A stretch of 64,000 nt of DNA, taken from sequence record NC_004629.1. One strand, written 5' to 3'. Of this stretch, positions 20,496 to 29,487 are shown piece after piece. The notes beneath the pieces were generated by a model. It was not told where the DNA came from. It saw only the letters and a list, made by a program, of their open reading frames with translations, and ran no database searches. The stretch's first letter is position 1. Every line of letters starts with the position of its first letter. The position numbers and the translations under genes are program-made.

Positions 20496-20536
20496 TTTGT
20501 ATTCAAATGTATTTAAACAGTATATTACACATATGA
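20496..20536 (+). promoter_or_regulatory. early promoter, class A context (TATATTAC 20521-20528)
   Basis: tgtattcaaatgtatttaaacagTATATTACacatatga. Confidence 0.8.
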
Positions 20537-20564
20537 ATTCAATCTTGAAAAAAGGAGATATGTC

Positions 20565-20894
20565 ATGAATATGTCAACTATTTCCACTGGTGTTCTGGTA
20601 CTAGGTGGCATCGCATTTGGTTATCATCTTTTTGATGGGGCGCGCTCCATTTACAAAGAATGGTCTATGGAATACATTTACAAAAAGCAAATGGCTAAGG
20701 TAAAGGAGCAGCTTACCGAATATGAAAATAAGTATGTTGAGATTCCATCAATAGCTGAAATAAATATCTATATCGAACCAGTTCTAACTGAAGCTTTAAA
20801 TAAACTTGATCGGTATAGCTACAGCTGCTTCTTACATGATGTCGAACAGTACATCGAGTTTATTATTGATAATTATCGTGTAGTTAATCGATAA
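20565..20894 (+). CDS. early monocistronic membrane-anchored protein (positional candidate for phiKZ gp241)
   Basis: AAGGAG RBS, N-terminal TM (TGVLVLGGIAFGYHLF), own promoter and terminator; numbering inferred by counting from thyA (gp235). Confidence 0.75.
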   Translation: MNMSTISTGVLVLGGIAFGYHLFDGARSIYKEWSMEYIYKKQMAKVKEQLTEYENKYVEIPSIAEINIYIEPVLTEALNKLDRYSYSCFLHDVEQYIEFIIDNYRVVNR

Positions 20895-20906
20895 TAAGAG
20901 CATATG

Positions 20907-20951
20907 GCCCTCCCTTCGGGGAGGGCTATTGCACTAAATTTTATTTGAGAT
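20907..20951 (+). repeat. 45-bp terminator + class B promoter cassette, copy 2
   Basis: identical to 5468..5512; TATATTAC follows at 20953-20960. Confidence 0.9.
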
Positions 20952-21005
20952 ATATATTACATGTGTGTATTACAAAATCAAATTAATGTGTCGAGGTTTT
21001 AATAG

Positions 21006-21443
21006 ATGGACGTAGTTACTAACATTTGGGAGGACGTTCTTACGAACGTGCATCACAAACTAAAGGTAATGGCCACTACTGCTGGCGATGTCATTCATAC
21101 AGTGGAACCCAAATTAAATGAAATGATTAAATCGAATATTAATCAACTACAGACAGAAAGGTATAGTCTTAGTTTAAACAAAACTAAAGACAATAAATAC
21201 TACGCAAAATACCATGATAATCATCATGGCTGGGATGTTTATTTATTTGTTGAACAAACTAGGTATGGGGCTATTGTTGGTAGTGGGTTACGCCATCGTG
21301 CTAAAGAAGCTTGGGGGCTTAATAAATTCAGAGAATATAATCTTATCAAAGTAAGGTGTACTCGACAAAATAGTGTTGTTGATAGTATTGTCTTCTTCGA
21401 TGATCCATCTGAATATTTTCTTAGAGCTGTAAATAAATTTTAA
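21006..21443 (+). CDS. hypothetical protein
   Basis: GAGGT RBS, after early promoter. Confidence 0.75.
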   Translation: MDVVTNIWEDVLTNVHHKLKVMATTAGDVIHTVEPKLNEMIKSNINQLQTERYSLSLNKTKDNKYYAKYHDNHHGWDVYLFVEQTRYGAIVGSGLRHRAKEAWGLNKFREYNLIKVRCTRQNSVVDSIVFFDDPSEYFLRAVNKF

Positions 21444-21463
21444 ATTAACTAAAAGGTAAAAAA

Positions 21464-22360
21464 ATGAATAATCTACAAGTTAATACCACTATTAAAGAAT
21501 TACATAAACTTCTAATCTGTAATATTATTGATGGTAAACTAATTGAATATAATGACATTGTGAAAGAACTGAAAATTACTAATGATGAATTAGATAATCT
21601 ACTAATAGCTATTTCAAAGTTATCTGATACACCAATTAATAATATCTTTAAATCGCTTTCACTAGCGATTGATCTACGTACGATTACACCCGTCATTGAA
21701 AAACTTAGTAATTCTACGAAACTATCTAAAAAAGAAATCCAACTAGACCTGTTAACTAGTTTAGGAATAAAAGATAATTATTTTTCGAATAGTTGCACTA
21801 ACGTGTATCATGAACTAAGTGATATTATCAAAAAGCTTGAACATAGTGATAAACTATATCAAACAGATTATCAAAACTTTATTATTGATAAAGTAACTAG
21901 TCATTTTAAAGATGTATTGTATTCGGCTGGTTATGCAATCAGTGATATTTATAAGTACACTGATTCTAAAGTAGTTAATGTAGATAAAAATGGACTATTG
22001 ATAGGTATGAGCATTACCAATTATAGCTTCCATAATAAGGATGAACCAATTAGGACTATTGGTTTTTCATTAATTGATAAAACCGAATGTTGTGTTGGAA
22101 AATCTGAAACTATTAAAAAGTTTGATGTTGAAGATTTTCTTAATGCAATGGATACTATCAATATTAACCCTACTTCTATTATTTTTTCAAACCAGTATCG
22201 AGAAAAAGACTTAGCCATTCATAATGGGATCATGAATGAATTTAAGGTGAACAAGATTTCAAATAATACCCGTGATAATATAGTATCTTACTATATTGAC
22301 ATGATGGGACATAACTGTATTATCTCATTTAATCACAATGGGCTCCTATTAAAAATTTAA
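21464..22360 (+). CDS. hypothetical protein
   Basis: 298 aa ORF, AAGGT RBS. Confidence 0.75.
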   Translation: MNNLQVNTTIKELHKLLICNIIDGKLIEYNDIVKELKITNDELDNLLIAISKLSDTPINNIFKSLSLAIDLRTITPVIEKLSNSTKLSKKEIQLDLLTSLGIKDNYFSNSCTNVYHELSDIIKKLEHSDKLYQTDYQNFIIDKVTSHFKDVLYSAGYAISDIYKYTDSKVVNVDKNGLLIGMSITNYSFHNKDEPIRTIGFSLIDKTECCVGKSETIKKFDVEDFLNAMDTININPTSIIFSNQYREKDLAIHNGIMNEFKVNKISNNTRDNIVSYYIDMMGHNCIISFNHNGLLLKI

Positions 22361-22417
22361 TAGAATATTAATTAAAAATTATCTTATGTAGTTTATCTAA
22401 TTAAGGAAACAAAAAGA

Positions 22418-22774
22418 ATGCCAACTTATATTGAATTAATCAATATTGTCAATGATGATACTCCTGTAGATGATGCAGTTATTAGTGATCTGATGAGTCA
22501 AATGAATGATAAACAAACTGTTCTTGACAGTTGTCGTATCAATCATAAAGGCTATGCTTATTTTAAGTTCCATGTTAAGGGATCAATTAGTAAGGATAAA
22601 CTTAAGGCTCTAAATGAAACTTTAAAAGATTCTAATCTTGTTGTGACTGATGCTAGTACACAACGTGGTTTCATGCCACCTAATAAGTTTGATGATATCA
22701 CTTATACTGAAGAGAGTGTTGGTTATAGGGCAATGGTCTGGACAAGCTTCACTATTGAAAAGCTACTTGTATAA
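22418..22774 (+). CDS. late monocistronic protein, probable virion protein (positional match to phiKZ gp244 vertex capsid protein)
   Basis: TATG at 22385-22388 upstream, AAGGA RBS, own terminator; identity inferred from gene order and recollection. Confidence 0.55.
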   Translation: MPTYIELINIVNDDTPVDDAVISDLMSQMNDKQTVLDSCRINHKGYAYFKFHVKGSISKDKLKALNETLKDSNLVVTDASTQRGFMPPNKFDDITYTEESVGYRAMVWTSFTIEKLLV

Positions 22775-22775
22775 T

Positions 22776-22795
22776 AAGAGCCCTTCGGGGCTCTT
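22776..22795 (+). terminator. intrinsic terminator
   Basis: aagagcccttcggggctctt + tctattt. Confidence 0.75.
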
Positions 22796-22824
22796 TCTAT
22801 TTCGCAATTAGGTATCTGTATTAA

Positions 22825-23259
22825 ATGGATAAGTATCCTATTCTACAAGCTATGTCTAAAGAAGAGGCATTTAGACTTTTAGACATACAAGGTGAGTTTA
22901 GAAAAACTCAAATGAAAGAAAGGTATTGGAATGAGGAAACTGGTCTATGGTGGTGGGAACAACATCCCGATGTGAAATTAAGGATAGTTGCCGCCTGCAA
23001 TAGATGGAAGGATGTTTATTTCATTGCAGCGAGGCATTCATCAATCATAATGACTCAACAACAGCTAATGTATGGTGGTCTTAAGGTATTGCATGAATAT
23101 GCAGGAGATGATCATGAACAAGGTTTTATTGATCAGTATGAAAACTTCCACTCTAGGGAAGAAGCAGTAATTATCGCTAAGAATAATAATCAGTTATATC
23201 GAGCTGAATTAGAAAATAGATTAGTAACTAAATATTTATTTAGTGAAGACCTATATTAG
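22825..23259 (+). CDS. conserved phage protein of unknown function
   Basis: RIVAACNR...ARH...EQGFIDQY..F.SREEA..IA...Q...LFSEDLY motif recurrent in phage proteins. Confidence 0.75.
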   Translation: MDKYPILQAMSKEEAFRLLDIQGEFRKTQMKERYWNEETGLWWWEQHPDVKLRIVAACNRWKDVYFIAARHSSIIMTQQQLMYGGLKVLHEYAGDDHEQGFIDQYENFHSREEAVIIAKNNNQLYRAELENRLVTKYLFSEDLY

Positions 23260-23289
23260 GTTTCCAATAATTTAAATAGGAATATAGCT

Positions 23290-23946
23290 ATGCTAATGAA
23301 TGAAATTATCGATATTCTAGAAGGAGGGAAAGAGAATATTCTCTTAACTAACCATCTAGGTAATGGCAAATATTCCAATGCGGGTAATGCAATGGCTGCA
23401 TCATATGCCATTGCGGCACATACTGCTGTTGGTCAATTGCGAGATGGTTCAGGAAAACCTTACTGGCATCATTTATTACAAGTAGCTGAGATGGCGCAAT
23501 TATTCGACCTATCTCACGCTGCTTATAAAGCAGCATGGTTACATGATGTAATTGAGGATACTGCTGTAACTGCTTCTGATCTAACTAAACTATTCTCAAT
23601 CCCTGTTGTTAATTTAGTAACTGAACTAACAAATGTAACTTACGAAGGTAATCGTAAAACTAGGATTAGTTTACAACATGAAAGACTTTCTCGCATTTCA
23701 TGGAGTGGTCAATCTCTTAAGTTACTAGATTCCATTTCAAACATGTGGTCGATTGTTAATGATAAGCCTGATTTTGCTGAACTGTATCTGACTGAGAAAG
23801 CTCAACTAATCAGTAAGTTAAATAATTGTCACCCCGCTATTAAAGATCTGGCTATATCTGTTCTCTATGGCAGGTGTACTATGGTTGGTGGGGATGCACT
23901 AAAAGAATATAATAAACTATTTTCTGATAATGAAATTGTATGTTAA
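23290..23946 (+). CDS. HD-domain protein, SpoT/Mesh1-like (p)ppGpp hydrolase
   Basis: AH..GQLRDGSGKPYWHH..QVA, AAWLHDVIEDT, LVTELT, KLLDSISN. Confidence 0.8.
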   Translation: MLMNEIIDILEGGKENILLTNHLGNGKYSNAGNAMAASYAIAAHTAVGQLRDGSGKPYWHHLLQVAEMAQLFDLSHAAYKAAWLHDVIEDTAVTASDLTKLFSIPVVNLVTELTNVTYEGNRKTRISLQHERLSRISWSGQSLKLLDSISNMWSIVNDKPDFAELYLTEKAQLISKLNNCHPAIKDLAISVLYGRCTMVGGDALKEYNKLFSDNEIVC

Positions 23947-23965
23947 AATAATTACTTAATATACA

Positions 23966-23983
23966 CCCTCCCTTCGGGGAGGG
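23966..23983 (+). terminator. intrinsic terminator
   Basis: ccctcccttcggggaggg + ttttattt. Confidence 0.75.
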
Positions 23984-23999
23984 TTTTATTTATCTTTTT

Positions 24000-24039
24000 T
24001 TGTATTTAAACTATTTAAAAAGCTATATTACAAATATGA
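24000..24039 (+). promoter_or_regulatory. early promoter, class A context (TATATTAC 24024-24031)
   Basis: tgtatttaaactatttaaaaagcTATATTACaaatatga. Confidence 0.8.
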
Positions 24040-24064
24040 ATTTAATAACCAAGAGGGCAATACA

Positions 24065-24328
24065 ATGACTGAACGTTTGAAATCCGTATGGTGCGCTTGC
24101 AGCTTACTGCGTGAACGCTGGAGACACATCCAAGACATTGCTGTCGGGGATGAACATCATGTCATAGTAAAAAACGATATGCTGATGGTGTTTCGTGGTC
24201 AAGTACCGGTAGGTAGCATGTACCGGGGTGACAGTGACCCACTCATCTACGAGGGTGGTGCACTGGAAGAATTTACTAAAGTTGTATTGGATTTAGAATT
24301 CAATACTCGTGGTGAAACCAATAGTTAA
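24065..24328 (+). CDS. hypothetical protein
   Basis: GAGGG RBS; first gene after early promoter. Confidence 0.75.
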   Translation: MTERLKSVWCACSLLRERWRHIQDIAVGDEHHVIVKNDMLMVFRGQVPVGSMYRGDSDPLIYEGGALEEFTKVVLDLEFNTRGETNS

Positions 24329-24354
24329 TAAAATTAATTTTGAGGTAATTCATT

Positions 24355-24762
24355 ATGAAATATGTAATTGTATTTATGTTGTCTATTGTAACTATCACTG
24401 CTAACTCGGCTGTCATGTACACTAATCGTGATTCATGCATCGAGTTTGTAAAACAGGCAGATGAATTGTTTGTAAAAGGTGCATCTGTAACTGAAGTGCA
24501 AATGAAGACTTATGAAAGGATTCATTATATCCTTAATAACACTAAAGATCTAAAGACCAACCAGTCTAAAGTTGAAGAACTCACTGGTCTATTTTACCTA
24601 TGGTCTAAGGTAGATAAAATGGCAATTGAGGCAAGTTTGCCACGTGCAACAAATGCTGCTAAAGTCTATAAGACCACTCCTGAGAAATTCATCATTGATG
24701 GTTATTTCCAGCGTTGTGTAGCGGCAGGTGCGTTTGAAGCAAAACCACTTACTCTAAAATAA
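24355..24762 (+). CDS. secreted two-Cys helical protein
   Basis: signal peptide MKYVIVFMLSIVTITANSA; DSC...RCVAAG. Confidence 0.75.
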   Translation: MKYVIVFMLSIVTITANSAVMYTNRDSCIEFVKQADELFVKGASVTEVQMKTYERIHYILNNTKDLKTNQSKVEELTGLFYLWSKVDKMAIEASLPRATNAAKVYKTTPEKFIIDGYFQRCVAAGAFEAKPLTLK

Positions 24763-24774
24763 TGGAGGTACAAC

Positions 24775-25134
24775 ATGCTTAAGAATTGGCTATTATTCCT
24801 TTTCCTGCCAATCCTGTCCATTGCATGTCAGCCTGCCCACGCTGTAGAAGTGGGTATTACTAAGAAATCATGTAATGTGGCAGTAAATCTTTCACAAAAA
24901 GCAACTGAGCTTTATGATAAGAACCTATCCCAATTTGAGATAATGATGCAGTTAGATATGATCTCTCGTAAGGATATGGATGACTTAGAGTTCTATGCAG
25001 GTACCGTATATGCTAAATTAAACTTAGTTGATATTCGCGTAAATAAACGAAAAGGATTTACCAATGGAGCTATTCTAGATAGGCTAGCTGAAAACTGTGT
25101 TGAAGCAATTGGTACTAAATTTAACTTGGAGTAG
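24775..25134 (+). CDS. secreted two-Cys helical protein
   Basis: signal peptide ending AHA; KSC...NCVEAIG. Confidence 0.75.
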   Translation: MLKNWLLFLFLPILSIACQPAHAVEVGITKKSCNVAVNLSQKATELYDKNLSQFEIMMQLDMISRKDMDDLEFYAGTVYAKLNLVDIRVNKRKGFTNGAILDRLAENCVEAIGTKFNLE

Positions 25135-25137
25135 AAT

Positions 25138-25932
25138 ATGGTTAGTATTTATATTGTCATTATACTCATGGCTATGCTAGCTGCATTGACATGTGGTAAT
25201 TTGGTAGATAGCTGGGTAAGGCCAGCTATTCTAAAGTGGTTAAATGATGATGTCGCTATTCATTTCACCAATGCTACCTGGATGGTTGGGGGGATCCCTA
25301 ATAGTGTTCCAATGCAACTAGGTAAAGCTGTTTGGTTACCCAAATACGTGGGTGACGGAATACGTCTTTATATCACGGCTGATGAAATAAAATTTGGATG
25401 GAATGGTAAAGAAAAAGATGCTTTAGCACGAGCCATTGTTGAAGTTATCTTTATTGGTAAAAATCCAAATAGTAAACTTCTTGAAGTAAGTATTAAACCT
25501 ATTTGGTTACACCCTTCTATCCAAAAAGAAAGTTTCTATTTAATGTTTGATTGGGAAAAGCTTTATACAAAAAATGAAGAGATGCGTATTTGTTGGAAGA
25601 CAATACGTCACACTTTTTTCTATGGATTCCTAGGTTTGCTATTTGGCGGTAGTGCCAATGCAGATAACCTTGTATTAACTGAACGTGGATGTGACCAATA
25701 TGAAGCAATGGTGAGAACTATTGCATCTAAAGCTTATATTGGATTAGATCCAGTTATGGGTAGGGAATTCATTATTAATGATCCTGATATGTTAAATGCC
25801 CGTGAGAAAGCACAACGTAATACCCGTATCATTATCGATATGGTGGAAACTGGACAAGAACCCAAAGACATTGCATTATGGATGAATACTCAATGTAAAC
25901 AAGAAGCAGTGTCAAATTTAATCAAACAGTGA
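25138..25932 (+). CDS. membrane protein fused in frame to a secreted two-Cys domain (possible internal start 25582)
   Basis: N-terminal TM; internal signal-like segment FFYGFLGLLFGGSANA-D; RGC...QCKQ. Confidence 0.65.
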   Translation: MVSIYIVIILMAMLAALTCGNLVDSWVRPAILKWLNDDVAIHFTNATWMVGGIPNSVPMQLGKAVWLPKYVGDGIRLYITADEIKFGWNGKEKDALARAIVEVIFIGKNPNSKLLEVSIKPIWLHPSIQKESFYLMFDWEKLYTKNEEMRICWKTIRHTFFYGFLGLLFGGSANADNLVLTERGCDQYEAMVRTIASKAYIGLDPVMGREFIINDPDMLNAREKAQRNTRIIIDMVETGQEPKDIALWMNTQCKQEAVSNLIKQ

Positions 25933-25945
25933 AAAAGGCATAGAT

Positions 25946-26329
25946 ATGAAAAGAAATTTTGAAGATGATCACGTGGTAATGGCAGTGGAAGTATATGAGA
26001 AACTGAAAGAAGCTGCTGCTTATTCATTACACTCTTCTGAAATTAGTAAGATCGAACGACATATGCGTAAGTTTAATCGTGTTCAACGCGATAAACATAT
26101 TGAAAATATGCATATGGAAATGCTTGAGAAACGCGAGGCTATTAGAAAAGCAAAATCTTTCTTTTCTCAAAATGCCGGTAAAATTGGTTGCGTAGTAGAT
26201 AGGCTTGTCAAAGTATGTGAAGTGTATAAAATGGATAAGTCTATGGTGGTTGTTGAGTTTCTCCAACATAAATCTAAAATTAAAGTTCCAGTAAATCCTG
26301 AAAAAATTACTATTCTTACCATTAAATAA
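25946..26329 (+). CDS. hypothetical protein, paralogue of 663..1265
   Basis: MKRN..V.M..E.Y..L...IERH.RK.N...H..N...IR.A..FF..N..KI. Confidence 0.75.
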   Translation: MKRNFEDDHVVMAVEVYEKLKEAAAYSLHSSEISKIERHMRKFNRVQRDKHIENMHMEMLEKREAIRKAKSFFSQNAGKIGCVVDRLVKVCEVYKMDKSMVVVEFLQHKSKIKVPVNPEKITILTIK

Positions 26330-26346
26330 ATGAAGAAGGATTTAAA

Positions 26347-26802
26347 ATGAAAAATGTAATTGCAGCAGCTTTCGCTGGTCTCATTGCCATTACCGGTATC
26401 ATGTTCAATACCGCAATGGCTGAAATCAAGATTGGTAAAAAAGATGCTCAACTCACTGTGCAGTCGTGTGCAATGGTTGAAACCATTACTAAACAAGCTG
26501 TATTTCGAATGAGTGAAGGTCATAGCGCAGATGAAGTTGGTGTGCTTATGCTCAACAACTCTGCTAAACTCAAAGATGAGTTGGATACCAATAATTGGAT
26601 TGCGTTAACATTCGTATTCAATAGTCTTAATAAAATCAATAATGACCTTAACAGTAAAGAGATCCATGATTATATCCGTAGTCAAGGTTACAATGTGACT
26701 ACTCCTAATCTGGCAGCTTTTATCAGCGGGTATTATGGCAATTACTGCATGAAGCATATTGGTGAGAAATTCACTCACATGGTAATTGTTGAACTCATTT
26801 AA
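26347..26802 (+). CDS. secreted two-Cys helical protein
   Basis: signal peptide ending AMA; LTVQSC...YCMKHIG. Confidence 0.75.
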   Translation: MKNVIAAAFAGLIAITGIMFNTAMAEIKIGKKDAQLTVQSCAMVETITKQAVFRMSEGHSADEVGVLMLNNSAKLKDELDTNNWIALTFVFNSLNKINNDLNSKEIHDYIRSQGYNVTTPNLAAFISGYYGNYCMKHIGEKFTHMVIVELI

Positions 26803-26834
26803 TTCATATCGAATACTTTCAAAAGGAAAATAGG

Positions 26835-27212
26835 ATGAAATACGTCTTCTCGCTCATTATCACTATGGTAGCAATGTCGGTTAATGCACAACCCGTAACC
26901 GTGTCATCTTGCTACGTGCTGCACAGCTTGGCAAAGAATATGGTTCAATTCTACACTAATGGCGGTGAGCCATTGGAGATGTATGCAATACTGCAAGATG
27001 AACTATCCATTGCCATAGATAAAAACCAGAGTGATAAGGCACTCGCTATTAATATCGCATTGGATAATGTCGATGTAATATACCAAAATCTCACTGATCC
27101 CGCACTTAAGCTTTTGGCAAAGAGCGAGGGAAGTGATCTTGGTGAGATGCTGACTGAAAAACTCAGTAATGGGTGTTTCAATATAGTCGGCGAGGAGTTG
27201 TATGATAACTAG
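26835..27212 (+). CDS. secreted two-Cys helical protein
   Basis: signal peptide ending VNA; VTVSSC...GCFNIVG. Confidence 0.75.
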   Translation: MKYVFSLIITMVAMSVNAQPVTVSSCYVLHSLAKNMVQFYTNGGEPLEMYAILQDELSIAIDKNQSDKALAINIALDNVDVIYQNLTDPALKLLAKSEGSDLGEMLTEKLSNGCFNIVGEELYDN

Positions 27213-27441
27213 AATCATCCTAATTGTTGCATGGGTATGGGTAATCTCTCTTATGGGAATGATTACGTATGTTCTTTATGATACGTATCAATTTCGTAAG
27301 AAATTAGAAATGCCTGTTGTAGAATGGGAAGATAAGGCGAAGGACACTCCTGTTAAGAAGTGTCCAGATGAAGTATTATTCGCTGAAGACCCAAAGGATG
27401 GCAAACTCAAAATGGGATGCCCTGAGAGTTATAAGAAATAA
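27202..27441 (+). CDS. small membrane protein with C-terminal Cys pair
   Basis: N-terminal TM; KKCPD...MGCPE. Confidence 0.7.
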   Translation: MITRIILIVAWVWVISLMGMITYVLYDTYQFRKKLEMPVVEWEDKAKDTPVKKCPDEVLFAEDPKDGKLKMGCPESYKK

Positions 27442-27443
27442 TT

Positions 27444-27463
27444 AGAGGACCTTCGGGTCCTCT
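27444..27463 (+). terminator. intrinsic terminator
   Basis: agaggaccttcgggtcctct + tttt. Confidence 0.75.
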
Positions 27464-27523
27464 TTTTAACCGACTGGACGGTTAAAACTAGGTGGGATAA
27501 ATTAAACTATTTGAGGAAATCTA

Positions 27524-27631
27524 ATGCAACTTAGTAATGAACTTTTCTATGTGGGTATGGTAGCTGTATCAATGTCAATCGGTATGCTATTTAGCTATAT
27601 TTATCACACTCATAAGAAAAAATATAAATAA
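27524..27631 (+). CDS. small membrane protein, 35 aa (not in ORF track)
   Basis: GAGGA RBS; [35 protein letters not shown]; flanked by terminators. Confidence 0.6.
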   Translation: MQLSNELFYVGMVAVSMSIGMLFSYIYHTHKKKYK

Positions 27632-27665
27632 AGTCATAAACCCTCTCCCAAAGGAGAGGGCTTTT

Positions 27666-27696
27666 ACATTAAATTTTTTTTGAAATCTATATTACA
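27666..27696 (+). promoter_or_regulatory. early promoter, class B context (TATATTAC 27688-27695)
   Basis: cattaaatttttttgaaatcTATATTACa directly after hairpin 27641-27660. Confidence 0.8.
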
Positions 27697-27734
27697 CTAA
27701 TACAACATTAAACTATTAAATAGGTAATTAAAAA

Positions 27735-28109
27735 ATGAATGAAAATATTAAACGCTCATTTATTGGTATGCCACTGTCTATCAATATTGGTAAAGATATT
27801 GATTTATCAATGTATGAACGAATTGTATTTGTATCACAAGTAGATAAAAATGATATAAAATACTTTGTTTATAAATTAAATAAATCCAAATTTAAACATG
27901 AACCAAATGTAGTTAATTACGCCGAAACAGATAAGGATATTATTATTTATCCCCCGCTTGATTTCATTCAGACAATTAATGAATATTATCGAGTATCATT
28001 GGAAAATGAATTTATGTGTCATCCTGTTATTCTAAAAGCAGATGATAGTAATAATCAAGAAGTATTTTTGAAAACTATTAAAATGGTACATGAGTATGTC
28101 GATGAATAA
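27735..28109 (+). CDS. hypothetical protein
   Basis: AGGT RBS. Confidence 0.75.
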   Translation: MNENIKRSFIGMPLSINIGKDIDLSMYERIVFVSQVDKNDIKYFVYKLNKSKFKHEPNVVNYAETDKDIIIYPPLDFIQTINEYYRVSLENEFMCHPVILKADDSNNQEVFLKTIKMVHEYVDE

Positions 28110-28557
28110 CTGCGCATTTATTAATTTAAGGCAACGTTTAGTTAATGATAAACTAACCTATGTGATTCATCCCATAGTGAAGGTTTATGATTTCACTAGA
28201 AAGGCTATTAGACAATTAACTGATTTTGCTATTTTAGATAGTTATAACTTCCCAGAGGAAACTTCCAATATTAGTGTTCAGCCAACTATCACAGATGATA
28301 CTAATAATAGAAATTCTTTGATACATCTTGGGGTTATAGAAGAGCCTGATTTTGGACCAACTAGATTATACGCCATCTTAGATAGAGAAATCAAAGATGA
28401 TTCTAATCTAATTGAAACAACTGATGATGGCTGGTATACATTGGATGAGTTAATTCTAGTTGAAGACGATATGGATGAATTCGCGCGACTTATTGTTCAG
28501 TACTTGCGAACTATTCCGAGGAAGCCACAATGGTTAACTTCGACAAAAGATGTTTAG
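28090..28557 (+). CDS. hypothetical protein
   Basis: ORF overlapping upstream stop. Confidence 0.7.
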   Translation: MSMSMNNCAFINLRQRLVNDKLTYVIHPIVKVYDFTRKAIRQLTDFAILDSYNFPEETSNISVQPTITDDTNNRNSLIHLGVIEEPDFGPTRLYAILDREIKDDSNLIETTDDGWYTLDELILVEDDMDEFARLIVQYLRTIPRKPQWLTSTKDV

Positions 28558-28760
28558 AAATAGAGCCTAATCAGTTAGGTTATGTATTTACAAAGATCGG
28601 TTGGGAAATATGTGTTACTATTGGCATACGACATATATGTGCTAAAACCTATTATACAGTGTATTCACTTAATGATAAATGCATTTATTACATTGAGCAT
28701 TCAGCGCAATTTACTAAACGCATAAAACCAAACTATATACAAAGGTTTCATGTTCTATGA
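28530..28760 (+). CDS. hypothetical protein
   Basis: ORF track; coupled to next gene. Confidence 0.5.
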   Translation: MVNFDKRCLEIEPNQLGYVFTKIGWEICVTIGIRHICAKTYYTVYSLNDKCIYYIEHSAQFTKRIKPNYIQRFHVL

Positions 28761-29443
28761 TCAATACAACCGATAAAACTATAGTTGGTATAGGATTTGA
28801 AACAAAGGTTTCAGATTCACCGATTGAACAACCTGTAAAGAAAACTAAGACTCCTAAGATAAATAAACAAAAAGAATGGGAGAAAGTAGATGATCCGAGA
28901 GAATATACAAAAGAGGAACAAACTTCTCTCTTTGTAAATTGGCTTCAAAGCACACGTAATTACTGGCATAAACAGTATACCGATACTCAAAATACAGATA
29001 AGGCACTATCTATCAGAGATATGCTTGATGGATTTATATATAGCATCGCAGCTGGCCTAGATGGCAATGATCCAAATATACCCGGATTCAAACTTATACC
29101 TAATGTTACTCAAGAGGATATTGACTACCTAATAAGTATTGGTGAGAATTATTGGCCAGTAAACCCAGTTGAAAATTTAAAAGATAATATCCGTGCAAAG
29201 TGTGATGCAGTTGATATTTCTGGTAATCTACGTTATCAAGTTTCTAAGACATTTACGGAACCTTTCAAAGGACCACATGCACTATTGAACCATTTCCTTA
29301 GTTTAGCAGGTGAGAAACCTGTTAAGTATTACTCGGGTAATTTTACGCAAGAGCAACTTGCTATGTTAGTAGAAAAAGCTAAAGAAAAAGCGGAAAAGAT
29401 ACAATCACAAATAGCTGATGATATCAGTCGAATAATGCGTTAA
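28757..29443 (+). CDS. hypothetical protein, paralogue of 29488..29862
   Basis: LDGNDPNIPGFKLIP...ENYWP...DISGNLR. Confidence 0.8.
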   Translation: MINTTDKTIVGIGFETKVSDSPIEQPVKKTKTPKINKQKEWEKVDDPREYTKEEQTSLFVNWLQSTRNYWHKQYTDTQNTDKALSIRDMLDGFIYSIAAGLDGNDPNIPGFKLIPNVTQEDIDYLISIGENYWPVNPVENLKDNIRAKCDAVDISGNLRYQVSKTFTEPFKGPHALLNHFLSLAGEKPVKYYSGNFTQEQLAMLVEKAKEKAEKIQSQIADDISRIMR

Positions 29444-29487
29444 TGAACTAATAAATTTATAAGCTACTGATAACAAGGTATGTAATT

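Noticed and set aside
28090-28557. NUDIX hydrolase
   Set aside because: C-terminus (WYTLDEL) is suggestive but no GX5EX7REUXEE box.
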